Shown here: one piece after another, positions 44,461 through 54,120 of the stretch
Layout of the letters: each line of letters opens with the position of its first letter
Numbering within the stretch: position 1 is the first letter of the stretch
NCBI GenBank assembly: GCA_963841015.1
Contig: CAWJAX010000002.1
Span: 96,001-160,000, forward strand
Direction: 5' to 3'
DNA length: 64,000 bases
From: an uncultured Methanoregulaceae archaeon
GTDB taxonomy: Archaea; Halobacteriota; Methanomicrobia; Methanomicrobiales; Methanospirillaceae
Translations under genes and position numbers: made by a program
The notes under the pieces: model-generated
Database searches by the model: none
What the model was told of the DNA's origin: nothing
Seen by the model: the letters and a program-made list of their open reading frames with translations, nothing else

Positions 44461-44916
44461 TCAGACCTGGTGCATGGTGCGTTCATTGTAGAGCCAGCCA
44501 ATAACTATTCCAAGAAGGAGAAACCTTGCTGCATTAAACATTACCCCGATGAGGAAGTAATACCGGGAATCAAAAGAATTACTCATCCCAAAAATACTCT
44601 GAGGAACATCGATCAGGATTACAGCAATTACCATGGCTATAACGCTTATAATAACGGATTTCAGGATTGGATTCTTTGATGGAATCTTATCAAAATAAAA
44701 AAGCAGGACATAACTGACACATAATCCGATAATCATTCCCATAAGCAAAGAGGCAACCCAAACCGTCTGAAGGCTCCAGTTTGAATAGGCAGCTCTATAC
44801 TCCGCAGCGATGGGAAGCAGGGACGTTGCGATAGTAGTTGCCCAGAATACCAGTCCTCCCGCAATAGTCAGTTTGAGCACTTTTTTTGAAGTGATGGGCG
44901 AGCCTGCTTTTGGCAT
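44461..44916 (-). CDS. 4-TM hypothetical membrane protein
   Basis: Four hydrophobic helices. Confidence 0.75.
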   Translation of the reverse strand: MPKAGSPITSKKVLKLTIAGGLVFWATTIATSLLPIAAEYRAAYSNWSLQTVWVASLLMGMIIGLCVSYVLLFYFDKIPSKNPILKSVIISVIAMVIAVILIDVPQSIFGMSNSFDSRYYFLIGVMFNAARFLLLGIVIGWLYNERTMHQV

Positions 44917-45208
44917 TGTGTTTGTCTTTTTAAAATTTCTCTTAAGAGATTAAATTTTATTGTATTTCTGGCAGAAAAATCAGTTTTTTTAACATTAAAA
45001 ATGAAAACGCGGCTGAAATTTAAAAAAAAACCGGATTTGAAGATCAACCTTGTGGCCAAATTGGGTTGCAGGGATGGAGTGTGCTGCAAAATGTGGAACT
45101 TTGTGCAAAGAACACTTTCACCCGCCCCGGCTCGGGCATTATCTGCCCTGGGTCTCTGATGTGTATTACACTATGCGACCGGCCCGGGAAGGTGACATTG
45201 AGTAAAAA

Positions 45209-45754
45209 ATGAATTTTGAAGATATCCACACTATCGAAGACCTGGCGGTGGTTTCAGAAGCAGTTGTCTGGCAGCATTTTGAACAGTTAGCGGCCTTCAT
45301 CTTTGAAAAAAATGGGTTCAGGGTCAAAGTAAACACCGTAAAAACCCATCAGAAAACAAAAAGACAGTATGACGTGATCGCCTGGAAGGGCAACCAGACC
45401 TTCCTCGCAGAATGCAAGAAATGGGCAGGCAACCGCTACCGGCTGTCAGCACTGAAAAAGGCGGTTGAACAGCATAAGGAACGAACCCTGTTTTATGCAG
45501 CGGTCACAAACGAGGATGCGATCCCCCTCCTCGTCACCCTCATCGAAGAGGACATACGGTTCTATGAAGGAGTTCCCATCGTGCCTGTCCAGAAGCTCAA
45601 CGGATTTGTCAATGAACTGGACGGGTACGTACAGGGGAATTTCTTTTGGGATTGTGAAGATGACATTTCGTATAATGACGATATGTCCTTTGAAGATAAT
45701 CGACCCTGTGAAGATTACCTGCCTTTACCTGACACCAGGTCACCACTCCCTTGA
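45209..45754 (+). CDS. Stand-alone Mrr-like/PD-(D/E)XK restriction endonuclease-fold protein
   Basis: WQHFEQLAAFIF..NGF, QYDVIA, LAECKKW. Confidence 0.8.
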   Translation: MNFEDIHTIEDLAVVSEAVVWQHFEQLAAFIFEKNGFRVKVNTVKTHQKTKRQYDVIAWKGNQTFLAECKKWAGNRYRLSALKKAVEQHKERTLFYAAVTNEDAIPLLVTLIEEDIRFYEGVPIVPVQKLNGFVNELDGYVQGNFFWDCEDDISYNDDMSFEDNRPCEDYLPLPDTRSPLP

Positions 45755-45845
45755 TCTGGCAACATACTCATTGCCAATGAGTATGTAAAAAATAATGCAA
45801 TCTTTTATCGGTTTTAGATAAGAATAGTGAAGCAGGGAGTCCATT

Positions 45846-46293
45846 GTGAAAATATACCTGGACGTATGCTGCTTATGCCGACCTTTTGATAATCATCATT
45901 AGACAAGGATCAGGCTTGAAACCGAGGCCATTCTTGCGATCCTCAAACACTGCTCACTTGACTGGGAGATGGTCACCAGTACCAGCAGTATTGTACGAGA
46001 TTGGTCTCATAGGTGATCCGGTGAGAAGATCTCATGTCATGCAGCTGACCCGCCGTGCCCGAAAGACGCTTCGGGTTGATGAAGTCCTGTTGTCGCGGGC
46101 AGAAAAAATTCAAGAGACCGGGATCATGGGTATGGATGCCATCCATATTGCATGTGCGGAGAAAGCCGGTGCGGTCTTTCTGACTACGGATGATGAGGTG
46201 ATAAGGATTATGAAGAAGCATACCCCAGATATATTAATACGGGTCGATAATCCGTTGCGCTGGCTGATGGAGTTGAACCATGACAGAGAGTAA
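45846..46293 (+). CDS. PIN-domain (VapC-like) toxin, frameshifted
   Basis: GTG KIYLDVCCLCRPFD...RIRLETEAILAIL...MDAIHIACAE..FLTTDD...NPLRW; two or three indels between 45895 and 45990. Confidence 0.8.
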
Positions 46294-46486
46294 GACAATT
46301 GCCCAGATCCAGAGCGAAGGGTACGATGCCCTGGTAAATGCCCTTGGACCGGAGGATGCAGTGCGGTTTATAAGGAGTTTTGATCCCGGGAGCGGAGACT
46401 ATACCCAGGAACGGAAGAAATACCTGAAGAAGAAGACGGTAAAGCAGATTGGAAAAGAGATTCTGGCGCTGCAGAAGACCTCTTGA
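46280..46486 (+). CDS. Putative antitoxin partner of the PIN toxin
   Basis: EGYDALVNALGPEDAVRFI..FD.GSGDYT.ER; overlaps the end of the PIN gene. Confidence 0.75.
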   Translation: MTESKTIAQIQSEGYDALVNALGPEDAVRFIRSFDPGSGDYTQERKKYLKKKTVKQIGKEILALQKTS

Positions 46487-46638
46487 TCCTTTTTTATATC
46501 TTCCGGTTCATCCCAGTTCATCCTCTGCTGCCATGGTTTTGTCGATGAGCATGACCGGGTTGCAGGTGGCGCAGTAACGTTCCCTCCCGTATCCTTTTCC
46601 TGATTCCCCGGTGTATTTTTCAGGACAGTCCCCTCTCC

Positions 46639-47042
46639 ACTCCGGCACGTTCAGGAAGAACCCGTCCACAAGGGTTTTTGTCCTCCAGGACATGAATCAA
46701 TAGCGATAGCATGAGGACCATGAGAAAAGGGATTTTAGTTTCGAAAAAAGGGACAAAGGAAGGGTATTTCCCGATATTTATTGATGACCGGGATTTTGTG
46801 CATTCCGTGCTGGCAGAAGCCATGGAGCAATGGAAACAGCACAAGACACACGATGCCGTGCACGACGGGATGGTGTTTTTCGAGATTGCCAATGCGATCG
46901 GAAAGGAGAGGACGAAATCTCATCAGTTCATAGGTGCTGAATCGATTCCCGAGAGGGAACTTGAGGCGGGGTTTACCCAGGCGTCGTATATTTTCGCGGT
47001 GGATTTTAAGGAAGGTAAGGTCAGGAAAGTGAAATAGGGGGG
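46639..47042 (+). repeat. ~400-bp direct repeat, copy 1 (upstream region plus unknown gene)
   Basis: ctccggcacg...ccacaagggttt...catgaatc...tagcgata...gene...aaataggggg matches 51100-51650. Confidence 0.9.
46711..47037 (+). CDS. Hypothetical protein, paralogue 1
   Basis: 108 aa; near-identical to 51173-51646 with many synonymous differences, which supports coding function. Confidence 0.8.
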   Translation: MRTMRKGILVSKKGTKEGYFPIFIDDRDFVHSVLAEAMEQWKQHKTHDAVHDGMVFFEIANAIGKERTKSHQFIGAESIPERELEAGFTQASYIFAVDFKEGKVRKVK

Positions 47043-47146
47043 AAGACCCGGATAAAAAGACCATGAATCCCGTTGATTGAGTTGATGCTCATTTGGGGCT
47101 TTTTTTCGCCCCTCGCCAGAGTGTGCCCAAAGAGGCACAAAAATAA

Positions 47147-48298
47147 TTACTGCCCGGTTCCCCGTGCGATGATCCTGAGGTAATCGGCAAAGAGATATTT
47201 CTTGTATCGTTTTTTCCCGGTGATCTCATGGAGAATTTCCAGTTTTTCGAACTGGCCTGCCAGATCATAGGCAGGCTGGTGACTGATACCAAGCGCTGAA
47301 CTGATATCGGCAACGGTGACGACAGGTTTTGTGAACAGGAGGTCGAGGAGCCGGACGGCATTCAACCCCCCGGCATTATTTTTGATAAGGGTACCGGTGA
47401 GCCGTTCCTTGAGGGTGATGATCTCCCTGGCATTGGCAAGAGCTTCTTTAGAGACTTCGATAATGCCGCGGAGGAAGAATTTCAGCCACGATTCCCAGTC
47501 TCCTTCGATCCGGATTTCCTGGAGCAGGGAATAGTATTCTTCCCGGTGTTGTTTTAAGTAGATGCTCAGGTACAGGAGAGGTCGGGCAAGGATGCCTTTC
47601 TGGCAGAGATAAAAGGTGATGAACAACCGTCCCATCCGGCCGTTCCCATCAATGAACGGATGGATCGTCTCAAACTGCGCATGAACGAGCCCGATCTTGA
47701 TCAGGGGAGGAATCCGGTCATCGGCCATGATGAACGCTTCGAGATCGGCGAGCAGTTCCGGCACCTTTTCCGGGGGCGGCGGAACGAACGTCGCGGAATG
47801 CAGGCTGGAGCCGGCCGGACCGATCCAGTTCTGTACCGTGCGGATCTTTCCTGACTCTTTCCTGCTGCCGCGTGTCCCCCAGAGGAGGACACGATGGATT
47901 TCCTGGAGAATCTCCACAGAAAAGAGCTCGTGGCTCGTGCGTGCGAGTCCCTCATCCATCGCCCGGATATAGTTGATGACCTCTTTGACCTCGTTGATGT
48001 CATCAACGGGGACCATATCTGCCTCGAACTCAAGCACGCCCTGGAGCGATGCCTGCGTTCCTTCGATCTGAGAACTGAGCAGCGCCTCTTTTTTTACGTA
48101 CATGGCGACGAAGAGATCTGCGTTTGGGAGAACCGTTGTCATGCCGTCAAGACGTGCGAGGGCGCGATCTGCTTCCGAGAGGAGGTGATGAAGTTCGTCA
48201 TCGAAATGGACCGGGGGATCCGGGGGCAGGGGTTTAGGGATATATGCCTGGTATCCTCCTTTCTGGCGTACCGTGATTCCCATCCGGCTTTCAGTCAT
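47147..48298 (-). CDS. Fic-family protein (Fic_N + Fic + C-terminal wHTH)
   Basis: EALLSSQIEGT, HPFIDGNGRMGR, EITGKKR. Confidence 0.93.
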   Translation of the reverse strand: MTESRMGITVRQKGGYQAYIPKPLPPDPPVHFDDELHHLLSEADRALARLDGMTTVLPNADLFVAMYVKKEALLSSQIEGTQASLQGVLEFEADMVPVDDINEVKEVINYIRAMDEGLARTSHELFSVEILQEIHRVLLWGTRGSRKESGKIRTVQNWIGPAGSSLHSATFVPPPPEKVPELLADLEAFIMADDRIPPLIKIGLVHAQFETIHPFIDGNGRMGRLFITFYLCQKGILARPLLYLSIYLKQHREEYYSLLQEIRIEGDWESWLKFFLRGIIEVSKEALANAREIITLKERLTGTLIKNNAGGLNAVRLLDLLFTKPVVTVADISSALGISHQPAYDLAGQFEKLEILHEITGKKRYKKYLFADYLRIIARGTGQ

Positions 48299-48906
48299 AA
48301 TTCTTCTTCTCCAGAATATCCGTACAGTTTCTTCTTGTAATTCTGGCCAGCCAGAGTTACACACGATTGTTATGGTTAAATTCTGTTTAACCAGAATAAG
48401 ATTGTTGCGCACAGGGGAACCTTGCATGGCACAAAAATGGTGAAATTTTTTTAAAAGAACGAGTGGATCCGTGTGCATTCCGCCACCTTACGCCGGAGTG
48501 CCATGGAGCGGACCGATCCCCCGCAATTCTCTCCTTTTTTGCCAAAATACGCCCAGATACCCCCATCTTCAAGGGAAGGCAGCCAAAGGGTTCCAGGGCT
48601 CGATCTCCTCTTCAATGGGCTAAAGGAGGTGCCTGATGAAAACGAGCTCATGTTTGGGGGGTCGGATTCAGGTTATATTAGAGGTTATTTTGGCAATCAG
48701 GGCTGTTTTTGGGCATTTCTTTGAAAAGGAGAAATCGGGGCGTTTTACGGGTTTTTCCGGGAGAGGTTTTTGGGAAACGGAGGCTGAACCGGGCCCGGAT
48801 TGGGGGTGAGGGAGATGCAGTGGTGTCGTGATGGTGTTTTTATTCCCCGGGAACCGGGATTGAGAGATTCCCTTTTCTCCCGAACGAATCCCGATAGTAT
48901 CGTATT

Positions 48907-49356
48907 TTACGTTTTATTTTTCAATCCCTGGGCAAATGCCCGTGCTGCTGCCAGGTCGTTCTCATCCGGTCTTCCCTTATTGATTCCCCCGAAGAGCTTC
49001 AGAGGACCGACCGTATCCCATCCCTTGCAGCAAAATTCATCCAGAACCACGAATCCCCGGTTTGCCAGCTTTTCCTTCAGGGCGTTATGATGCATCTTTC
49101 CATCGCCAGAGGTAGAGAACACAAAAGCCTTTTTCTGGGTCACGGGCGGCAGCGTCTCCACAAACTGGAAGAGCGTCTTGTGGTGTTTCCCAAAATAGAT
49201 CCCGGACCCGAACCCGATCAGGTCCCAGGTCGCGAGCGTTTCGGGTTGCGCCTTCGCGATTTGGACAATATCCGCTTCCAGCTCTTCTGCCATCACCTTT
49301 GCAACTTTTTCGGTATTCTGGTGATGAACCGAGGTATAGACAATCATTGTTTTCAT
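48907..49356 (-). CDS. Flavodoxin-family protein
   Basis: YTSVHHQNTEKVA, GFGSGIY, FSTSG, GRPDENDL. Confidence 0.9.
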   Translation of the reverse strand: MKTMIVYTSVHHQNTEKVAKVMAEELEADIVQIAKAQPETLATWDLIGFGSGIYFGKHHKTLFQFVETLPPVTQKKAFVFSTSGDGKMHHNALKEKLANRGFVVLDEFCCKGWDTVGPLKLFGGINKGRPDENDLAAARAFAQGLKNKT

Positions 49357-49673
49357 GAGGGCTCTCCATCCTTGTATTAGAATAGGCTCCTTGTTTTTTA
49401 TAGTGCTGGTTTACCTCCAATTAAAAAAAATAGTTCCTGGATTATGCCAAATGTTGCTTGATCATTTTTGAACATATGATCCTGTCATCTTTTTTTGCCT
49501 CTGGAGAAACCCCAGGAATACGAAAGGAAAAGTAGCACGAGCACCATGAAAAATTCAGGTTTTTATAATCTCTTTTTTTAAAGGAAAAATCATCCCTGGC
49601 TGATAAACCCGGGTCATGCCTTCTGATTCATTTGGACTGGCAGAACAATAATTCTCAGATTCGTTTCTTCGGG

Positions 49674-49796
49674 TTAATGATCCAGTGTACAAGGATCGGA
49701 TTTTTCACTGTTTTTATGTGTACCATTCGAAATATGAACATCACATTCTGTAAGATATTGACATTTGCTGCAATCAGATAATGTTTTGATGACCAT
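49674..49796 (-). CDS. 40-aa Cys-rich microprotein
   Basis: MVIKTLSDCSKCQYLTECDVHISNGTHKNSEKSDPCTLDH*, preceded by AAGGGGAAT. Confidence 0.45.
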   Translation of the reverse strand: MVIKTLSDCSKCQYLTECDVHISNGTHKNSEKSDPCTLDH

Positions 49797-50067
49797 ATTC
49801 CCCTTTGGTTGTTACCATCACGGGTGTTATCCATATAACCATTGTGATAATTTTCAAATTTTGGTTTCAAAAGTGATGTGTTCAAAAAGCATGTATCCGT
49901 CATGGATGCTTCATATGATGTTCCCATTTTTAACCCGACAAAAAAACCACCGCAAAAAAAAGAATCCGGTACAGCTGTTCTGCCTTCAAAGAAGCACATA
50001 CATTCGTTATAGTGGCATAAATCCTGAATGATGGTGAATATACCTGCCGAATACAATTTCCCGGGAA

Positions 50068-50511
50068 TTATGATCCCTGGTTACCCCGGATCTTCTTTAA
50101 GACAACTTCAGCAATCTCATGTTCAGTAATTTTTATTTCTTCCCTGACCGGAAGGGACCAGCCGATAATATGATCGATCATCGCCGTTCCTTTAATCTCC
50201 AAAAGAATATTCCCTTTTTTTATCAGACTCACAAACCCTTCGAAAAGGGCGAGATTGTGAGAGGTAAGCGGGACTATTATCTCAATACTGTCACTTGCCG
50301 GGATATCCATTTTGCTTGTCTGACCGCTGGCAATCTCTTTTTCCTGAGTACCACTCCGAAAATAAACAATGAACGGGAGTGCCCGTACTGTCGCCCCGAA
50401 AGGATTGGGATTTTCAATTTTGAGAATGACATCGAAATCTATAGATGAAAGGTGAAGGGCCCGGATTTTCACCCCTTTAATAGTAACGACAGGCTCACTC
50501 AGGGTTTGCAT
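50068..50511 (-). CDS. LEA type 2 (WHy domain) protein
   Basis: P.VTIKGV..., KIENPNPF, beta-rich. Confidence 0.85.
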   Translation of the reverse strand: MQTLSEPVVTIKGVKIRALHLSSIDFDVILKIENPNPFGATVRALPFIVYFRSGTQEKEIASGQTSKMDIPASDSIEIIVPLTSHNLALFEGFVSLIKKGNILLEIKGTAMIDHIIGWSLPVREEIKITEHEIAEVVLKKIRGNQGS

Positions 50512-50754
50512 GTCAGACTGTTTTACTCATAAAGCCTATAAGTATTTTAGTACCAGGTTAATTCCTCTCCGGAGTTCCCACACTCCTTTGCCAGCTGGTA
50601 TGATAATCGGATTTCCCGGAGCCGTGGTGCTCATCCAGGGAACCAGAAAATAGGGAACCAGAAAATATAATTTTCCAGTACCCGGCTTAGTATTCACCAG
50701 TTGGAGCGAGTACATTGATTTTGTATTTTCAGGGAGATGGAGGGCAGGATTTAT

Positions 50755-50922
50755 TCATCTTGCATTTTTTACATCCATCTTCACCCTGTTACAGCACTTC
50801 GGACATCGGACATGAACCGGCTTCCTCGATCGCTCCAGGCTGGCGAGCCGTGACCCCATGTACGTCCACTCATAATTACATTGATGGCAGGTGACCCGGC
50901 AGGATGTGTAGAGGCAATCCAT
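50755..50922 (-). CDS. 55-aa zinc-finger microprotein
   Basis: MDCLYTSCRVTCHQCNYEWTYMG...VRCPKC; the real gene is likely the 3' part of ORF 50755-51219. Confidence 0.7.
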   Translation of the reverse strand: MDCLYTSCRVTCHQCNYEWTYMGSRLASLERSRKPVHVRCPKCCNRVKMDVKNAR

Positions 50923-51029
50923 AGGGTGTAATCGAACAGAATCTGATATGAGTGCAATGCGAATGAAGGGTGAAAGTGTCTGCACACGATAAAGAAGGGG
51001 GGTTTTGAAATACGGATCCCATTGACAGG

Positions 51030-51077
51030 AGTTTGCGCTCAACGGGGCTGTGCCCCTTACTGCGGTGGGCTGCCCGG
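51030..51077 (-). repeat. Dispersed ~50-bp hairpin repeat
   Basis: Reverse complement ccgggcagcccaccgcagtaaggggcacagccccgttgagcgcaaac aligns with 55317-55365. Confidence 0.75.
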
Positions 51078-51099
51078 AACGCACGGTTCCCGACCTGAA

Positions 51100-51650
51100 A
51101 CTCCGGCACGTCCAGGTGGGAGCGGTCTCCACAAGGGTTTTGTTCTTCAGAACATGAATCCTTAGCGATACCATGAGAACCATGAGAAAAGGGATTTTAG
51201 TCTCGAAAAAAGGAACCAAGGAAGGGTATTTCCCGATATTTATTGATGACCGGGATTTCGTTCATTCCGTTCTGGCAGAAGCCATGGAGCAATGGAAACA
51301 GCGTGAGACAAAAGATGCCGTGCATGACGGAATGGAGTTTTTCGAGATTGCCAATGCGATCGGAAAGGAAAGGACGAAATATCCTCAGTTCATAGGTGCT
51401 GAGTCGATTCCCGAGAGGGAGCTTGAGGCGGGGTTTACCCAGGCGTCGTATATTTTCGCGGTGGATTTTAAGGAAGGGAAGATCAGGAAGGTAATTGCCA
51501 ATGCGATCGGAAAGGAGAGGACGAAATCTCATCAGTTCATAGGTGCTGAGTCGATTCCCGAAAGGGATCTTGAGGCGGGGTTTAACCAGGCGTCGTATAT
51601 TTTCGCGGTTGATTTTGCGGGAGGGAAGATCAGGAAGGTAAAATAGGGGG
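51100..51650 (+). repeat. Direct repeat, copy 2, with an internal 147-bp tandem duplication (51347-51493 / 51494-51640)
   Basis: attgccaatgcgatcggaaagga occurs at 46885, 51347 and 51494. Confidence 0.92.
51173..51646 (+). CDS. Hypothetical protein, paralogue 2, with duplicated 49-aa C-terminus
   Basis: IANAIGKERTK...FAVDF..GKIRKV occurs twice in frame. Confidence 0.8.
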   Translation: MRTMRKGILVSKKGTKEGYFPIFIDDRDFVHSVLAEAMEQWKQRETKDAVHDGMEFFEIANAIGKERTKYPQFIGAESIPERELEAGFTQASYIFAVDFKEGKIRKVIANAIGKERTKSHQFIGAESIPERDLEAGFNQASYIFAVDFAGGKIRKVK

Positions 51651-51696
51651 ATTATTGGTAAGGGGTGGAAAATGAAAGGAAAATTTAAGGAGAAGA

Positions 51697-53600
51697 TTAT
51701 TCAATTTCGTGTGCTTCAATCAACTCATTCATCCCGGCATTTTTAAGAATTGCGTAAGTCGGTTTCATATTTTCGAAAATTTTTGTCGGAACAAAAATGC
51801 ATAATCCATCTCGGCCGCGTGTCATCAAAACACGATACGCATTTTTTCTGATTTGATGGGGATCATTAATTTTATTGGTGGTATTCATTTTGAAATTCCA
51901 CCGTTTTCCATCAAAGATAAAATCATCTCCCCACACCAAAATGGAAAAATCAAGTTCTAATCCTTGACATTCAAACTCAGTAGCAGGACGTGAAAGGGCG
52001 CAACAGGATTCTGGATCAGTAGATGGGGCATTAAACCACCGGTTTACCCGAAGATTTTTAGTTCGTTCGAAATGCAATTGGTTGTCGATTCCGATTGATT
52101 CTAAATTTTTTGCATATCGCGAAGCAAGTAATCCAAATTTTTCATTTTTATCGTTTTGATACCGCAACCTAACATATCTTTTAGCGATTTCCAAATCCGA
52201 AGTGATGTAAAGCGGGTAACCGGCTCCAATGATCTTTTTCGATAATTCTACTAATTCAGGAAGATTGTTCGTCGGCTCACTCAGAAGAATCTCAACCCAC
52301 TTGTGGAGATCTTCTGCTAAATGAGATCGAAGAGAGACCGTCAAATTTAATAGAGGTTCGATTCTGCATTTGACATTCTGCGATTCAAATACATTTAAGA
52401 GATGTTGAGGGCAATGGACAACCCAATTGTTTTGTTTACCCGAATTGACCGCCTTTGCCCATTGGGATAAGCCGGCTTCTTCTCCACTGTAAATTTCTTG
52501 CCCCTCACCTACTAGACCTAATTACGACACACCAATCAGGGATCCGTTCTGCGATGGAGATGAGGAGAGAGGGTTCTGATGCTTTGATTTTATGCTTCTT
52601 TTCAACTAATTTTTCATCCCATGCTCTTTGGGCTTCATCGAAAATGATTATGTGTTCAAGAGGAATTGTATCCGGACGTTTGATAGCATGATAAATGACA
52701 TATTTTTTCATGCCTTGAACAAATGTTGAACTATGAAGAGCATCCTGTAACACATCTACGAGCGGACCGTTACCTGATAAAAAAACAACGGGAGCTCCTA
52801 ATTTTCTTCCATCTCTTTCAACCCTAAGATCATTCAATCGGGGTTCATGAGCGATCTGCAAACCCACGAGGGTTTTTCCTGAACCCGGAACCCCTGTTAA
52901 TAACACCAAATGTCGTGTTTTGGTTTCTGCTGCGGTATGAGCAATTTGGGTGATAAGTTCAACGGTTTCTGGAATTTTTGCGCTTGCAGCCTTTCGAATT
53001 TGTGGGAGAGGAAGATTGTGGTAAAGAAGATAAGCCGCTTGAATTAGACTAGGTAGAGGTGCATATTCGCCTTTTGTCCATTTGTCGGGATAAATCTGGG
53101 GGCCAATTTTTTTACGACAGAGTTCCACAAGTTCTTTTCCTAATATCCTTGGTGAGAGGATGGTTACACCATTAATCTCTGATCGTTCTGCATTGCTTCG
53201 AGTTAAAACAAGAATTGGAATGACTTTTAATTCATGGCATTCAGAATGATAATTTTTTAGATCTCTTGCATACGCCGCTACTTGATCAATATCAGATTCG
53301 ATTGCGGACACTTTACCTTTGAATTCAATTACAGCAACAATTCCATTTTCAAGAATAATCACATCGGGCCGTCGGCCTTGACGTGGTAATTCATATTCAA
53401 AAATTACTGTAAACGCTTTGGCCTGCTCTTCTTCTGAAAGCATGTATTGTCCTTCGCGTTGTACAGATCGGAATGCTAGAATCCCATGCTCGAATTTGAG
53501 AAATATTATGATCCTGCAAAAACTCTTCTATGGTTTGACGGATGATTCGGGGTTCTGCTTGGACAAATGAAGGTAAATCGGAGAGCCAACCGTATTCCAT
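51697..53600 (-). CDS. DUF2075 (Schlafen group 3-like) helicase with N-terminal NERD/PD-(D/E)XK nuclease
   Basis: FEYELPRQGRRPDVIIL...VIEFK; GVPGSGKT; IFDEAQRAWD; TEFECQGLELD; NAYRVLMTRGRDG; indels near 53450 and 52510; visibly AT-rich. Confidence 0.88.
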
Positions 53601-53739
53601 TTAGACACACTCAATAAAACAAGTGATTGTTATGTCAAACGATAATACTACTTTTTTTATTCATTGAGCAAATAATGAAAAGTCTTTACTTATTTGATGG
53701 CTAGACCACATGGCGAGGGTCGATAAGCCCAAATACTTC

Positions 53740-54120
53740 TCAATACCCTCGCTTCCCCGGCACAACCCCCCGCACCCCGCCTCTCGGCTCTTTCACATCC
53801 CCAACATATCGCGGAATCATATGACAATGGCAGTGCATAACGGTCTGCCCGGCCGCTTTACCAATGTTGAACCCTATGTTGTACCCGGCCGGTCGAAAAT
53901 TCTTCTCAATCACTTCTTTACACTCATCGATCAAAGTAAGCAACTCCTGTTTCTCCTCAACAGTCAGGGAAAAATAATCAGCCACATGCCGGAATGGGAT
54001 CACGAGCAGGTGCCCATTGCTGACCGGGTAGCGGTCCCAACGGGCATAGATAAAATCGTTCTTCACTACAATGTCATCCGACACGGGATTGCAGAACGGG
54101 CATTTCACGGGATACTCCAT
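53740..54120 (-). CDS. HIT-family nucleotide hydrolase
   Basis: CPFC, YPVSNGHLLVIP.RH, AAGQTVMHCHCHMIPR; overlaps the end of the HNH gene. Confidence 0.93.
   Translation of the reverse strand: MEYPVKCPFCNPVSDDIVVKNDFIYARWDRYPVSNGHLLVIPFRHVADYFSLTVEEKQELLTLIDECKEVIEKNFRPAGYNIGFNIGKAAGQTVMHCHCHMIPRYVGDVKEPRGGVRGVVPGKRGY

Noticed and set aside
49655-50056. 133-aa and 88-aa ORFs
   Set aside because: No motifs and atypical composition; only the nested 40-aa Cys peptide with an RBS is plausible.
46885-51640. Diversity-generating retroelement TR/VR pair in the three 147-bp copies
   Set aside because: Differences are not adenine-specific (G/T, C/A and G/A all occur), all copies are coding, and there is no reverse transcriptase in the window.
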